50,082 nucleotides of DNA from a virus. Taxonomy: Duplodnaviria > Heunggongvirae > Uroviricota > Caudoviricetes. The stretch covers positions 1 to 50,082 of IMG/VR virus record IMGVR_UViG_2703718827_000002; one strand, 5' to 3'. Made by a program: the position numbers and the translations under genes. Under the pieces are notes generated by a model. It saw only the letters and a list, made by a program, of their open reading frames with translations, ran no database searches and was not told the origin of the DNA. Numbering within the stretch: the first letter of the stretch is position 1; each line of letters begins with the position of its first letter. Shown piece after piece: positions 27,326 to 37,231 of this stretch.

Positions 27326-27762
27326 AGCGATAGCTCCTTTTTGATTACCGCAGTAATCGCATCACGTTCTTCATCGAATCCCTTCTTAAGGAATTGAGGC
27401 TCGCCATGGGGGTCCCAGTAGTTACCTTTGCCTGTCCCTCCTCCAAATTCGGTGCCTTCTCTGGTTTTACCAAAGTGAGAACGTGGCTGGCCTTTTAACT
27501 TGCCAGGCATATCGTGCACATAAGCAGCGTAATTGGCAGAGTATCCAACCCTTCCTGTAACCCTTGTGCCGTTAACGTTAATTTCCCGGAACTGACTATT
27601 CAGAAGAGTGGATGAGTCGATCGGCGTGTAATACGCTGCTCTGCTGCTGCCTAGTATCAGCGCCGACTGTATAGCACGGACAACCTTGCGCCCCTGAATA
27701 TTGTCTATAATGCGGTTAAGATTGGCTTTTGCCTCTCGCACGCCGCGAACTTTTACGCCCAT
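27322..27762 (-). CDS. HK97 gp10-family head-tail joining protein
   Basis: N-terminal GVKVRGVREAKANLNRI...VVRAIQSALILG pattern resembles the HK97 gp10 family; ATG 27762 with GGGAG RBS. Confidence 0.5.
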   Translation of the reverse strand: MGVKVRGVREAKANLNRIIDNIQGRKVVRAIQSALILGSSRAAYYTPIDSSTLLNSQFREINVNGTRVTGRVGYSANYAAYVHDMPGKLKGQPRSHFGKTREGTEFGGGTGKGNYWDPHGEPQFLKKGFDEERDAITAVIKKELSL

Positions 27763-27764
27763 AC

Positions 27765-28112
27765 TCAAACTCCCGTCAGAATTGCGTAATCATCCGCCAG
27801 GCGCTCGAACGTGTCGGCGTAGCGGATAACCTGCCGCACCTCGTCTGCTCCGGCGACAACCGGATCGGATTCGGTTGACTGGCCAATCAGCAGGTAATCA
27901 CCCGCCGCTGCCAGTGCATACTCAGTCCAAACGGTATTCTTCACGACGATTTCAGATCCGATATTGCCGATGCGCTTTGACAGGCCACCTTCGTAATCAC
28001 AGAGAATCGACTCAGGGGCAGAGAAGCCGAGCGAGTCACCGTATTCATCGTTACCGAGATTGCGCCAGATTGTCGCCGTCGCGGTGTATGACCAATTAGC
28101 GGTTGACGACAT
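27765..28112 (-). CDS. Head-tail joining protein (115 aa)
   Basis: Position; start overlaps upstream stop (TGATG). Confidence 0.45.
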   Translation of the reverse strand: MSSTANWSYTATATIWRNLGNDEYGDSLGFSAPESILCDYEGGLSKRIGNIGSEIVVKNTVWTEYALAAAGDYLLIGQSTESDPVVAGADEVRQVIRYADTFERLADDYAILTGV

Positions 28113-28285
28113 CAGTCATCCCTCCATCGCAGCACAGCGGCGCCAGTCGCCCGGATGCGCGGGCAGTTGATGAACCACTCGCCGTCCGACTTAACGTAAC
28201 CGGTTGTCTCCCGCCCTGTGTCGGTCATCACCCAGACGCGGGTGAATGAGCGCGGCAGGCCGTGCTTAACTGATTTGTACGTCAT
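28112..28285 (-). CDS. Small head-tail module protein (57 aa)
   Basis: Uninterrupted ORF filling the gap, coupled at both ends by TGATG overlaps; below track cutoff. Confidence 0.4.
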   Translation of the reverse strand: MTYKSVKHGLPRSFTRVWVMTDTGRETTGYVKSDGEWFINCPRIRATGAAVLRWRDD

Positions 28286-28665
28286 CAGCAGCCCCCGACC
28301 ACCATGAACAGGCCGACACTATTACCAGCGCTGATCGGTAACTCACCGGTGCATCCGCTGGTATCGAGACGAGCCAACGAGTCGCGCAGCCAGGTAATGC
28401 TGTCGTCACCATATTCAAACGAGCGGGACGCGCCAGACGGCGCACCCTGTGATTTGATGCGGCGCGCACCAGACGACGTAGCCATAAGCGCGGCGGCGTA
28501 CATCAGAATCAGCTTTGCAGTGCACTCGTCATACCCCGCACCATCGAGGCACGGGATAATTTTGTTGACCGCGCAGAGAATTGGATCCAGCAACGCCATG
28601 GGAATGGTGTAACCCAATTCACCGAGGTACGCCTGCACGTCTGCCGCTGTGATTGGGTCAGCCAT
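28285..28665 (-). CDS. Head-tail connector / head completion protein (126 aa)
   Basis: Position downstream of the capsid genes. Confidence 0.45.
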   Translation of the reverse strand: MADPITAADVQAYLGELGYTIPMALLDPILCAVNKIIPCLDGAGYDECTAKLILMYAAALMATSSGARRIKSQGAPSGASRSFEYGDDSITWLRDSLARLDTSGCTGELPISAGNSVGLFMVVGGC

Positions 28666-28667
28666 GG

Positions 28668-29033
28668 TTATTTCGCCTTCTTGGTTGCTTCCGCCAATGC
28701 CGCTTCGGCTTCGTCAGCGCGTTTTGTTTCTGCTGCCAGTGCGTCGGCGTGAGCCTTGTCTTTTGCTTCACCATCGGCGATTAGCTTTTGGTTCTGCTCC
28801 AGCGCGTCGGCGAGTTGCTTTTGCAGGCCAGAAAGGTCTGCCGCCTGCGCGGACGGAGTTGCCACTTCGAAGGTAAGCTTCTCGCCTTTCTTCTTGTCGG
28901 TTTGCTTCGCCTTGCCAGCGCTGATCCAGCGCTCAGCCGTTGCGTCGTCAACATCCACCACCGAACCAACCTCCAGTTTGCGGAGATTGGCACCGGCGTG
29001 CAGGTTACTTGCCACGATTTCTACCAGTGCCAT
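28668..29033 (-). CDS. Head-associated protein with Ala/Lys/Glu-rich C-terminus (121 aa)
   Basis: Position immediately after the major capsid gene. Confidence 0.4.
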   Translation of the reverse strand: MALVEIVASNLHAGANLRKLEVGSVVDVDDATAERWISAGKAKQTDKKKGEKLTFEVATPSAQAADLSGLQKQLADALEQNQKLIADGEAKDKAHADALAAETKRADEAEAALAEATKKAK

Positions 29034-29042
29034 GATTTATCC

Positions 29043-30140
29043 TTAGCTTGATGCGTGAATTACGGAGTATTTGTTGTTGATGTCCTGCTTGACCATCAAC
29101 CCCATTGCACCCCAGGTGCGCCAGATGTAGTCGCTGTTGTACTCAGGACGCGGAGATGCAACGGTACCGATAGCCTGGCCGACGATTGGAGCAATGACAC
29201 CTGCACTCAGTGGAACGATGACGATTTCGTTACCTGACAGTTGGCTGTCTTCTTTAATCGCCGCTACACCGGTCAGCTTCAGGATTTCATCCATGATCGT
29301 TCCGGACTGGAAGTTGTCGGAGAAGTAGCGTTCCAGGTTGGAGATGATTTCGCCGGATACATACCAGGTCTGCTCTGCATACTGGTTGTTTACGCGACGC
29401 ATCTGATCACGAAGCACGATTGCCCCGGCGCGGATGTCCTGAGACGTTGCTGTGCCAGAGGTAAAATCGATGTTCAGGCCTGAAGCGCCAAGGTCGATCT
29501 GCGCTACGCGCTCATCGTCACGCAACCCTTTCCAGGTCAGACCGTCAAACACTGCGAAGTTGCCAGCTTTGTCGCGGAAGCCGTTGAAGATGTAGTCAAC
29601 GTAACGACGCTGAACGTCTTCAACCGAACCACGCTGCGCATCAGCCTGCGACTGCAATGCCTGTGGGCTGTTGAAGATTGGATCACGCCATTCGAACTTA
29701 AAGCCCGAGTCGTGAATAGGTACCATGGTGCCATCGAAGGAATAGCTGCGAGCATCCAGCGCCGCACCAACCTGACCGGACATGGAAGTATGAGCCCAGC
29801 CGCGGCCGCCGGTACGAGCGTAATCGTAACGAGACTGCTCAATTCGCACGGAGCGAGAGAGCGGCATCAGATCGTTCAGCAGGGTGAATTCGGTATTTGG
29901 CTCGAACTGCTGAAGCACAGTTGTGTCGAAAGCGCGATACAGGCGGCGGATATCGTCAACTGCGTTCACCGCGTCGAGATAAGGGGCGTTTTCTGCATCA
30001 CCACGGAACTGAGTGCGCGCCAGAAAATCAGCTGCTGCCTGAGCACTGGCGTTTCGCTCAAGTTCGAGAGCGCGCCATTGCGCCTGGTTTACCGCGAGGT
30101 TACCGGTCTTCTCGCCGATAGACTTGGAGAATACAAACAT
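29043..30140 (-). CDS. Major capsid protein (positional call)
   Basis: 365 aa, strong AGGAG RBS, downstream of protease/scaffold and decoration-like genes. Confidence 0.55.
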   Translation of the reverse strand: MFVFSKSIGEKTGNLAVNQAQWRALELERNASAQAAADFLARTQFRGDAENAPYLDAVNAVDDIRRLYRAFDTTVLQQFEPNTEFTLLNDLMPLSRSVRIEQSRYDYARTGGRGWAHTSMSGQVGAALDARSYSFDGTMVPIHDSGFKFEWRDPIFNSPQALQSQADAQRGSVEDVQRRYVDYIFNGFRDKAGNFAVFDGLTWKGLRDDERVAQIDLGASGLNIDFTSGTATSQDIRAGAIVLRDQMRRVNNQYAEQTWYVSGEIISNLERYFSDNFQSGTIMDEILKLTGVAAIKEDSQLSGNEIVIVPLSAGVIAPIVGQAIGTVASPRPEYNSDYIWRTWGAMGLMVKQDINNKYSVIHASS

Positions 30141-30150
30141 TCAGTGCTCC

Positions 30151-30585
30151 TTATTTGAACACAACGCGAATCAGATCGCCCGCCACCGCAGTGACTGCTT
30201 TATCTTCTTCGACATAAGCGAATACGGCGACATCATCTACAACCGCAGTGATCTGACCGTTGGCTACTGCAACCGGCTGGCCTTTGGTGTAAGTGCCCGC
30301 TGCTGCTCGCACATTTAGGAACATGCCAGGCAGCGGATGAATACCAACAACCAATTCATTGGCTGGGATTGCGTCATCAACACTCAGGCAGCGCAGGTAG
30401 TCTTTGTTTGCCACATACTTGATGGCGGATTCTGCCCCGACCACAGAGGCCGTGAACTTGTCAGCAGTACTGAAGAAGCCAACAGTACCAGGCAGAGTCG
30501 ATGCAGCCGCCCCGCCTTCGCGGTTAAGCAGCGGATTAGGGAACACGCCGCCGGCGTGGATAATATGCTTTCCGTCTTTAGCCAT
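30151..30585 (-). CDS. Head decoration-like protein (144 aa)
   Basis: Size and position between scaffold/protease and capsid gene; GGAG RBS. Confidence 0.45.
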   Translation of the reverse strand: MAKDGKHIIHAGGVFPNPLLNREGGAAASTLPGTVGFFSTADKFTASVVGAESAIKYVANKDYLRCLSVDDAIPANELVVGIHPLPGMFLNVRAAAGTYTKGQPVAVANGQITAVVDDVAVFAYVEEDKAVTAVAGDLIRVVFK

Positions 30586-30588
30586 TTT

Positions 30589-31977
30589 TTACTCCGGCAT
30601 TTCGCTGACTGATTGGGTGTTGGTTGCCTGATGGCGGAATGCACCGTTCAGGCCGAAAGATGTCTGGCACTTGGCGTACATGGCGTCGAGCGCCTTACCG
30701 TCCAGATCCGCGACTTCGTCGTCGCTCATGTTCATCGCCAGCTTCACAGCCGCGCGCTTTTCGCCTTTCTCTTTATCGGCGTTAGCGCTCAGGCTGTTGA
30801 AAACGACGTCCACGCGATCGGCGAGTTTCTGCGCCCACGCTGGCATCTCTTCGTTATTGGCGGCCTGCTCTTTTTTCTTGGGCTTGCCGGTTTCCGGGTC
30901 GATTTCTTCATCGCCTTTTTTCTTGGCGGTGGCTTCTTCGGCCTTCATCTGGTTGTATGCGTCCATCAGCTCGGCGTCGGACTTGCCTTCAGTCGGCTTA
31001 CCAGCGGCTTGCAGCGCATTGATAATCAGTTCTTTCATCGGATCGTTCTCTCCGTTGGTTTTAATCTCGTACTCAGTGGGTTTGCGCACGACTTCTACAG
31101 GTTCGCCGACGAACACGGCCTTGCCGTCATCATCGATGAGGTACTTCTGTTTCAGGTATTTGGTGTCATTGCGGTAGATGAAGCTGTCCGGCCACACCGT
31201 TTCAGGCCAAAGCCACTTATCTTCGGTGTCACCCTCGCGCAGCTTGTCGCTGATAGCGCGGGAGATATCGTCGAAAGAGAAATTAGAGGCATTGGTGAAG
31301 AAGAATTTGGTCTTGTTGAGCAGGCCGTCTCGGGTACAGTCGATGCCATCAGCCAGACGGGCAACTTCAATCTGCTGCTCATCACCTTCAGAGTTAACGA
31401 AGATGCCCACGCCATCCTCCGGCGTACCCGCGCCAGGCTCATCGAGCAGCACCGCCACATGGTCAAACATCATGTTGGTGGCGATCTCGTTGTACTTCTT
31501 GCCCTTCGACTCACCATTGGCGGCGATGCCGGAATACAGCAGACCGGTTGAGATGTGGATCGGGTCGGAGTTGGTACCAGCCAACATCTCATCCAGACGG
31601 TTAATCAGGCGCTTGCCCTTGTCGCTGGATTCGGCGTACTGGCGGTTAACGTACATATCGCCCGTCACTTTCCCGTCTTTGTGGCTGACGTTCTGCAGCC
31701 ATGCCCCGACGTGATACTCATTCACCGCCCGGACATCGCGCGCCGAAACATGCTTGCCGTCCACTTTCGGATGGCCCAGCGGCATCGGGTTGCGCTCGAG
31801 TGTGTTGTAGGCCTTTTCGATTTCGGCTGCCGGGTACAACTTCCGGTTCATCACAATATCGTCCACGACAGGCGTGATGCCGCGAACCACGATATGTGGC
31901 TTGCCGTCGATGGTTTCAGTGGTGATGTTTGAAGCGGAGTTGACGACGGTCAGCACGTTAACGCGGTTGCGTTTCAT
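30589..31977 (-). CDS. Prohead protease / scaffolding protein
   Basis: 462 aa; charged Lys/Glu-rich C-terminal half typical of scaffold domains; position after MuF-like gene. Confidence 0.45.
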   Translation of the reverse strand: MKRNRVNVLTVVNSASNITTETIDGKPHIVVRGITPVVDDIVMNRKLYPAAEIEKAYNTLERNPMPLGHPKVDGKHVSARDVRAVNEYHVGAWLQNVSHKDGKVTGDMYVNRQYAESSDKGKRLINRLDEMLAGTNSDPIHISTGLLYSGIAANGESKGKKYNEIATNMMFDHVAVLLDEPGAGTPEDGVGIFVNSEGDEQQIEVARLADGIDCTRDGLLNKTKFFFTNASNFSFDDISRAISDKLREGDTEDKWLWPETVWPDSFIYRNDTKYLKQKYLIDDDGKAVFVGEPVEVVRKPTEYEIKTNGENDPMKELIINALQAAGKPTEGKSDAELMDAYNQMKAEEATAKKKGDEEIDPETGKPKKKEQAANNEEMPAWAQKLADRVDVVFNSLSANADKEKGEKRAAVKLAMNMSDDEVADLDGKALDAMYAKCQTSFGLNGAFRHQATNTQSVSEMPE

Positions 31978-32004
31978 GCTGGGTCCTCGTTATTGGATAT
32001 CTGG

Positions 32005-32030
32005 CAATAAAAAAGGCCGCCGTAGCGACC
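32005..32030 (-). terminator. Terminator-like hairpin plus T-run after the inserted membrane-protein gene
   Basis: On - strand: GGTCGC-TACG-GCGGCC followed by TTTTTTATTGCC; same family as the 15128 and 22996 elements. Confidence 0.5.
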
Positions 32031-32046
32031 TTCAGGAGCTCTGAGG

Positions 32047-32562
32047 TTATTTAAATTTAAGTTCTTTTTCAGCGTCCAAGACAATGGCATCAATAAGTTG
32101 CTGGGTCGCAATCGTCATATCATTGTATGCCACAAAATCTGGGTAACCCTCTTCGTAAACACTATGATCGGAATCAGCGTCCTGCTTGAAGAAATTATTG
32201 AGCAAATCCCTTGTATTATTGCTTAGAGAGATTGGTGCGAGCACATAAAACCGATGGAGTTGCGCTTTTATTTGATGGAATGTATTCCAATCAACAGACC
32301 CTTTCGGCGGCGGCCTACCATACATACCAGCATTGTATTCAGCCTCGTAAAAATCTGAGGCGTGGGAATAAATTGCTTTGATTTCAAATAATTTATCAAT
32401 TAATTGATTGTACGCAGCATGTTTCTTCTCCCACCATTTTTCTTTGTAAAATCGATTCAGAGCGAAAAATGCAGTAAATCCTGCTGCCACAACCCCAGTG
32501 GTGATTGGAACAACTAGAGATAAAAAGAATGAACCGACTTCTGCCGGAGTTACACTGCTCAT
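32047..32562 (-). CDS. Membrane-anchored hypothetical protein (171 aa), insertion in the head module
   Basis: N-terminal transmembrane helix (FFLSLVVPITTGVVAAGFTAFFAL); visibly AT-rich; AAGGGTGA RBS; own downstream terminator. Confidence 0.55.
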   Translation of the reverse strand: MSSVTPAEVGSFFLSLVVPITTGVVAAGFTAFFALNRFYKEKWWEKKHAAYNQLIDKLFEIKAIYSHASDFYEAEYNAGMYGRPPPKGSVDWNTFHQIKAQLHRFYVLAPISLSNNTRDLLNNFFKQDADSDHSVYEEGYPDFVAYNDMTIATQQLIDAIVLDAEKELKFK

Positions 32563-32601
32563 TGCTCACCCTTAAGCAACTTTATCATTTACATGATGAT
32601 A

Positions 32602-33606
32602 TCACTCCGACTCGGATTTCCAAGCTTTCCTCTCTTTCGCCAGTTTCTCAGCCAGCCCCTCATTGAAGATGCTGCCGTCGTCGTTGAGCAGCACTGGGAT
32701 CTGGCTGCAGTAGCAGTTGTACCGGTTGCCGTTCTCGGCGTAGAAGTCCCGAATCTCTTCGGTGGTGTAGACCTTGCCGTGGCGGCTGGCATGCCAGGTT
32801 CGCGTCGTTGGTTTTAGCGCTGACAACCACAGTAGGCCGGTATTCAGCCCCAGCCGGTCAGCAGCCCAGTCGGTTTCGTTCCATTGTGCCTGCCGCAGTG
32901 CGCCGACCTGCTCAGTCTGAGCGATGGTCTTTGCCTTCGACATCGACACATCGAGGCGCTTGCTGATTACGCTGGCCGTCTCGCGAGGGTTCACCCCGCG
33001 CGCGACCGCATCGGTGATGATGTTGGTCAGGTCGCCGCGGGCTGTATCGCTGATGACCTTCCAGTCACTGAACGTTGTCAGCCTTGCCGCTGCCACCTGA
33101 TTAAGATGACCGGGACTGCTTAAAAGCTGCTGCAGCGTCGTCTGACTGGCATACACCTGCGACTGTTGCGAGAGGTTATTGAATGCCTCAAGCGTGCCGC
33201 GCTGCGCTTCTGCGACGACGTAATCCATCGCCCAGAGATTTTGCTCGCCACCATCCAGTAGGTAATCGTCGAGAATGGCCTGCACCGCTTCCAGCAGGTC
33301 CGCCAGTTCCTGCGCCGACATGTCGTAGATGAACTTGCCGGCGTTTACCTGGTAGAGGCGCATATCCGCGCCGTGGTCATGACAAAGGAAGTGCCAGTTA
33401 TGGCTGTTAACCTCGCGCTCACGCCCGGTAAGGCGCTGGTCGAACAGAGATTTCAGCGCTCGCTTGATGCCGATATATCGCTTCTCGATATCCCGGAACA
33501 TCGCGGTTACCTGCTTTGCCGATAGGGTTGGGTCAACCTTGCTGCGCGGAACTACCGGTGTCCCGACTTTCGTCTTTTGCTCCGGCGTCATCGGAAAGAG
33601 GATCAT
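32602..33606 (-). CDS. Phage head morphogenesis protein (Mu gpF / SPP1 gp7 family)
   Basis: C-terminal LLWLSALKPTTRTWHASRHGKVY signature of the MuF-like domain; position after portal. Confidence 0.7.
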   Translation of the reverse strand: MILFPMTPEQKTKVGTPVVPRSKVDPTLSAKQVTAMFRDIEKRYIGIKRALKSLFDQRLTGREREVNSHNWHFLCHDHGADMRLYQVNAGKFIYDMSAQELADLLEAVQAILDDYLLDGGEQNLWAMDYVVAEAQRGTLEAFNNLSQQSQVYASQTTLQQLLSSPGHLNQVAAARLTTFSDWKVISDTARGDLTNIITDAVARGVNPRETASVISKRLDVSMSKAKTIAQTEQVGALRQAQWNETDWAADRLGLNTGLLWLSALKPTTRTWHASRHGKVYTTEEIRDFYAENGNRYNCYCSQIPVLLNDDGSIFNEGLAEKLAKERKAWKSESE

Positions 33607-35080
33607 CGGTCGTTACCTTTTTATTTGGATCAGGCGGCTTAACATCTTCACGCGGCTCAAGTTCTCCCGCTTCCCTGACCTCGTTCTCATCAACAGCAGG
33701 TGTGCCGTAGGCTTGCTGGGTATCCTTCGCCACCGCAGCCATTTCCTTCATGTTGGCAATCTTCTCTTTCTCGCTTGGAGCGAGTAGATCAGACCAGGTT
33801 AACGTGATTTCGCCAGATTTAGGTGGTTCGATAACCTCCACAGTCCAAAGCCGTTCTATAACTGCACTTGCCCGGTCAGTCTGGAACCCGTTGCGGCGAC
33901 CATTACAGCGCTTGGCAAAGTCGTTTTTGTCCTGATCTGAAGCAAGCCTTCCTGTCTGCTGACCAAACAAGATGGTGAATGGCATCTGGACTGAAGATGA
34001 AAACTGGTTAGCTGACACTGTCCACGTTGGACTCGGATCGGCAGCGGCAACAGAAAGCACTTTAGCCTCTCCGTCCTGCGTCACCAGGGCCGAATCTGTA
34101 CCAGAGTTAAGCTTCTGGATAGCAGCGTTAAGCGCCTCAGCCAGCCCCGAGTAACCAGCCTTCTTGGCATCCTCCATGATTTTGTCAATCTTGGTGTCTT
34201 TCGACATGTTAATGCCGAGCTGCCTGCTGGCGTTTTTCAGGAACCCCTCAGCGCTGCCGCCGGAGGTTTTAGCCATATCCAGCAGGTCGTTATAGCCTGC
34301 ACGCAAGAACGGGATGCCAGCCAGTGAGGATTCATCTTCTGAACCCTCGCAAAAAATAATGATGCGCTCAGGATGAATTTTGATTGAGCGCATAGGACCA
34401 ACAATACTGCCGTTGTCCCCTACAGGTTGCTCCTGAAAATAATAAAACTTCGGCATGGCGTAATCAGGGGACTTCTGATCCTGCTCTAATTCGCCAGGCT
34501 TTACCTGCGATTCCCATGCAGGAATCATCTTCACCAGGCCACGCTCGCGCGAATTACGCATTACGTCACGATTAACTGGCTCAGACCATTCACGACTATC
34601 GGCAAACTGAAGAATTAGGGCTGAGTAGTGACCGACAAGGTTACGTCTATCAGCGTCCTTCACCTTGGCCCAGTATTTCTTCATGAGCTTGGTGACTTTC
34701 TTTTCCCATGGCGTCGACTTTTTAGACTTCTTCGTCTCATCGCCGTCGACGATCACCGGGGTATCAGTCCAGCATGCATCGAGCAACTTATGAACAGCAC
34801 CGAACGCGGCACCGTTGCGCTCATACATGTTGTAGAAGTGGTCAAAGTCGAGGCGCTCAGGATAGCCAAATTCACACCACAGATGATGTCGCTTGGTGTT
34901 GCCTGATTTATTGAAGCCAGCCGCATAAAGCTGTCGAGATCGCGATACCTCGTTGAGGCTATTCACAATCAGCCCAGCGAGGACTTGCATTTCTGTATCG
35001 TTACTCACTGAGTTGTCCTTATGTGAAGAATATCGCCCCTGAACGGCGAGGTGAGTGCAGCACGCGGTAACGGGTAGCAT
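33533..35080 (-). CDS. Portal protein (positional call; start uncertain)
   Basis: About 500 aa between terminase large subunit and MuF-like gene; track start overlaps the terminase 3' end, ATG at 34990 is an alternative. Confidence 0.6.
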   Translation of the reverse strand: MLPVTACCTHLAVQGRYSSHKDNSVSNDTEMQVLAGLIVNSLNEVSRSRQLYAAGFNKSGNTKRHHLWCEFGYPERLDFDHFYNMYERNGAAFGAVHKLLDACWTDTPVIVDGDETKKSKKSTPWEKKVTKLMKKYWAKVKDADRRNLVGHYSALILQFADSREWSEPVNRDVMRNSRERGLVKMIPAWESQVKPGELEQDQKSPDYAMPKFYYFQEQPVGDNGSIVGPMRSIKIHPERIIIFCEGSEDESSLAGIPFLRAGYNDLLDMAKTSGGSAEGFLKNASRQLGINMSKDTKIDKIMEDAKKAGYSGLAEALNAAIQKLNSGTDSALVTQDGEAKVLSVAAADPSPTWTVSANQFSSSVQMPFTILFGQQTGRLASDQDKNDFAKRCNGRRNGFQTDRASAVIERLWTVEVIEPPKSGEITLTWSDLLAPSEKEKIANMKEMAAVAKDTQQAYGTPAVDENEVREAGELEPREDVKPPDPNKKVTTDDPLSDDAGAKDESRDTGSSAQQG

Positions 35081-36581
35081 CCCAGTCGTGGTCTTCCTGC
35101 TGGGTATCTACGTCATCCGGGTTTTTGCTGTCGCGAACCAGCACGGGTATGCGGCTAATCCAGCCACGGCAATGCTCCAACACGTAAAAAGCAGGCTTCT
35201 CAGGAATTCCAGATTCCAGCTTCTTACCCTCAACCACCGCCTCAAGCATGTCGGCGAATACCGAAGCCCCGTTGACTCGAGAGCCTGGCTTCTTATTGGC
35301 CTCAAGCCATTCAACACCCTGATTTTCCATTTTCTGACCGATCGATAACTCATCGTCGCCAGTGTTGAAAATGGCGCTATCAGCTGGGCCAGGAATAACC
35401 TCCGAGCAAATTCCCGGCACAATGTTGAGTTGGCCCTGCGTGACCCCGTCGATTTGAATCTCTTCCGGCTCGTCGACGTCTTCGCCCACAAGCCGCTTGT
35501 CAATCCACGCCACGCCTTTCGCGACGTTGGTGGATGACATGTTCAGGCCTTTGTTCAGCTCGTCAGGCGGGCAGCCGTACCATTCTCCGATCAGGATTAT
35601 CGAACCAGCCGGCGGGCAGAACTGTCGACCATCTGGCAGCTCGGCGGCAGTGCCGTCAGCTTGGGCCCACCAGAGGTTAGAGAACGGCTTCGACTCACCC
35701 CAGTCATGGGAGCGGTCGACGGTCCAACTATCCGGTATGCGGAACGGCTTAATGACGTGCAGCGCTTCATTCCACAGGTGGTCAAATCGTCCGCCACTGG
35801 TCACATCCCAGGAGCCCTCTACCCAGGCCTTGCGTCGGTTAGGGTCTTTGATGGCCATCAGGGTCGCGATGTACTGCGGGTCGAGGTACGGGTTTTCTTT
35901 AAACGAGCCGTGGATTGCCACGCGGGTCAGCGTGATTTCCTCTTCTCGCTCAGTCTGAGGGTTGAATACCATTTGCCGGTCGCGCTGTACGGTTCCGCGC
36001 GGCGCTGGCTCAATGAAGCGCTTCTTCACCCAGGTATGCCCGATGCCAAACGGGTTGGTCGTGCTGAATGTCTCTAGCGGGATTGGCCTCAGTAACTTGC
36101 CATTCTCCAGCGGGTAGTTTTCCGGCCTGAACGATGAACGTCGGCACGAGAACATCATTTCGTAGAATTCCGGGGACTGCTGTTTAGTCAGCTCGTTAAA
36201 GCCGATAAACGGGAATTCCTGCCCGTGGAAATCCCAGTAGTCGTCTGCCTCTTTGCCGAAGCGGAAGAGAAGTTCCTCGCCTGTGGGCCATACCCATCGC
36301 AATTCGCTCGCAGATGACAGATAGCGCGCACCGTCGTTGAATAGGCGAAACATACGCTTCGACTGAGTGATGATGTCGGCAAGGTTCTTATATTCGGTGT
36401 CGAAAATGACGCCGCGCCAGAACGAGCCATAACCCACGCCGACATTACGCCTGAACCTGGCTAACTGCGCAGCTGTCTTGCCCGGTCCGCGAGAGCCCTC
36501 GAACAGGATTTCGTTACACGGGCAGCTCAGCGCCAGGGACTGAGATCCAGGCAGTGGCTTCCATACAGCTTTGTAATTCAT
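35019..36581 (-). CDS. Terminase large subunit
   Basis: N-terminal Walker A (GSRGPGKT), 520 aa, ATGA coupling to the small subunit. Confidence 0.85.
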   Translation of the reverse strand: MNYKAVWKPLPGSQSLALSCPCNEILFEGSRGPGKTAAQLARFRRNVGVGYGSFWRGVIFDTEYKNLADIITQSKRMFRLFNDGARYLSSASELRWVWPTGEELLFRFGKEADDYWDFHGQEFPFIGFNELTKQQSPEFYEMMFSCRRSSFRPENYPLENGKLLRPIPLETFSTTNPFGIGHTWVKKRFIEPAPRGTVQRDRQMVFNPQTEREEEITLTRVAIHGSFKENPYLDPQYIATLMAIKDPNRRKAWVEGSWDVTSGGRFDHLWNEALHVIKPFRIPDSWTVDRSHDWGESKPFSNLWWAQADGTAAELPDGRQFCPPAGSIILIGEWYGCPPDELNKGLNMSSTNVAKGVAWIDKRLVGEDVDEPEEIQIDGVTQGQLNIVPGICSEVIPGPADSAIFNTGDDELSIGQKMENQGVEWLEANKKPGSRVNGASVFADMLEAVVEGKKLESGIPEKPAFYVLEHCRGWISRIPVLVRDSKNPDDVDTQQEDHDWDATRYRVLHSPRRSGAIFFT

Positions 36582-37228
36582 CCACCGAGCACCCCGTCCT
36601 GATGTTTCTGCGCTGCCGCCTCCCAGTCATCCACGTTGTCACTGGTTGGCACCAGCATGACGTTATGGGTGACCTCTTTCGTTTCAGCCTTATTCTCGAT
36701 GCTGTATGCCTCACGCTCGAGGCCGATCAGCGTCTTTAGGCTGTCGCTCAGGTCTTTCATGGATTTAACGCGGGAAGGCAGGCTGATCACTTTCTGATAA
36801 ATTTCATTGAGCCGGTCCCGCCCTTTATCGTCGGGGTCAAACATGATGTCGCCCAACTGCTCGAGCGCGCTTACATCTGCGCACTGCGCACCAAGTTCAT
36901 CGAATAGCGTGTTGGTCAGTTCACGAGCCCGGCGGATGTCTCCCCGGTGCTCCATGCGTACCGTGGCAATTACCTCGGCAGTCGCCTCTATCAGTACGCG
37001 CTCGGTCAAAGTGCTTTCGTTGCGTACCTGTTTGCGTACCTCCTGTTTGCGTACCAGATCATCAGCCTTTTGCTGAATCTTCGCATTGAGGTCACGCGAC
37101 CAGTCGTCACGCTTGGCACGCTTACGGATAGCGCCTTCGCTAATACCGTGCTGTGAAGCAATTTCTCGGAGGGACATCACTCCGGCCCGGTACGCCGTCT
37201 CGATGGCCTCCCAGTCCGGTTTGCTCAT
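36578..37228 (-). CDS. Terminase small subunit
   Basis: N-terminal helix-turn-helix (MSLREIASQHGISEGAIRKRAKRDDW), position upstream of the large subunit. Confidence 0.75.
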   Translation of the reverse strand: MSKPDWEAIETAYRAGVMSLREIASQHGISEGAIRKRAKRDDWSRDLNAKIQQKADDLVRKQEVRKQVRNESTLTERVLIEATAEVIATVRMEHRGDIRRARELTNTLFDELGAQCADVSALEQLGDIMFDPDDKGRDRLNEIYQKVISLPSRVKSMKDLSDSLKTLIGLEREAYSIENKAETKEVTHNVMLVPTSDNVDDWEAAAQKHQDGVLGG

Positions 37229-37231
37229 TCG

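Noticed and set aside
30613-31932. Long + strand ORFs (30613..31551, 30671..31177, 31178..31714, 31555..31932) opposite the protease/scaffold gene
   Set aside because: Low-complexity Ser/Leu/Ala-rich translations, no RBS, opposite an operon with coupled gene starts.
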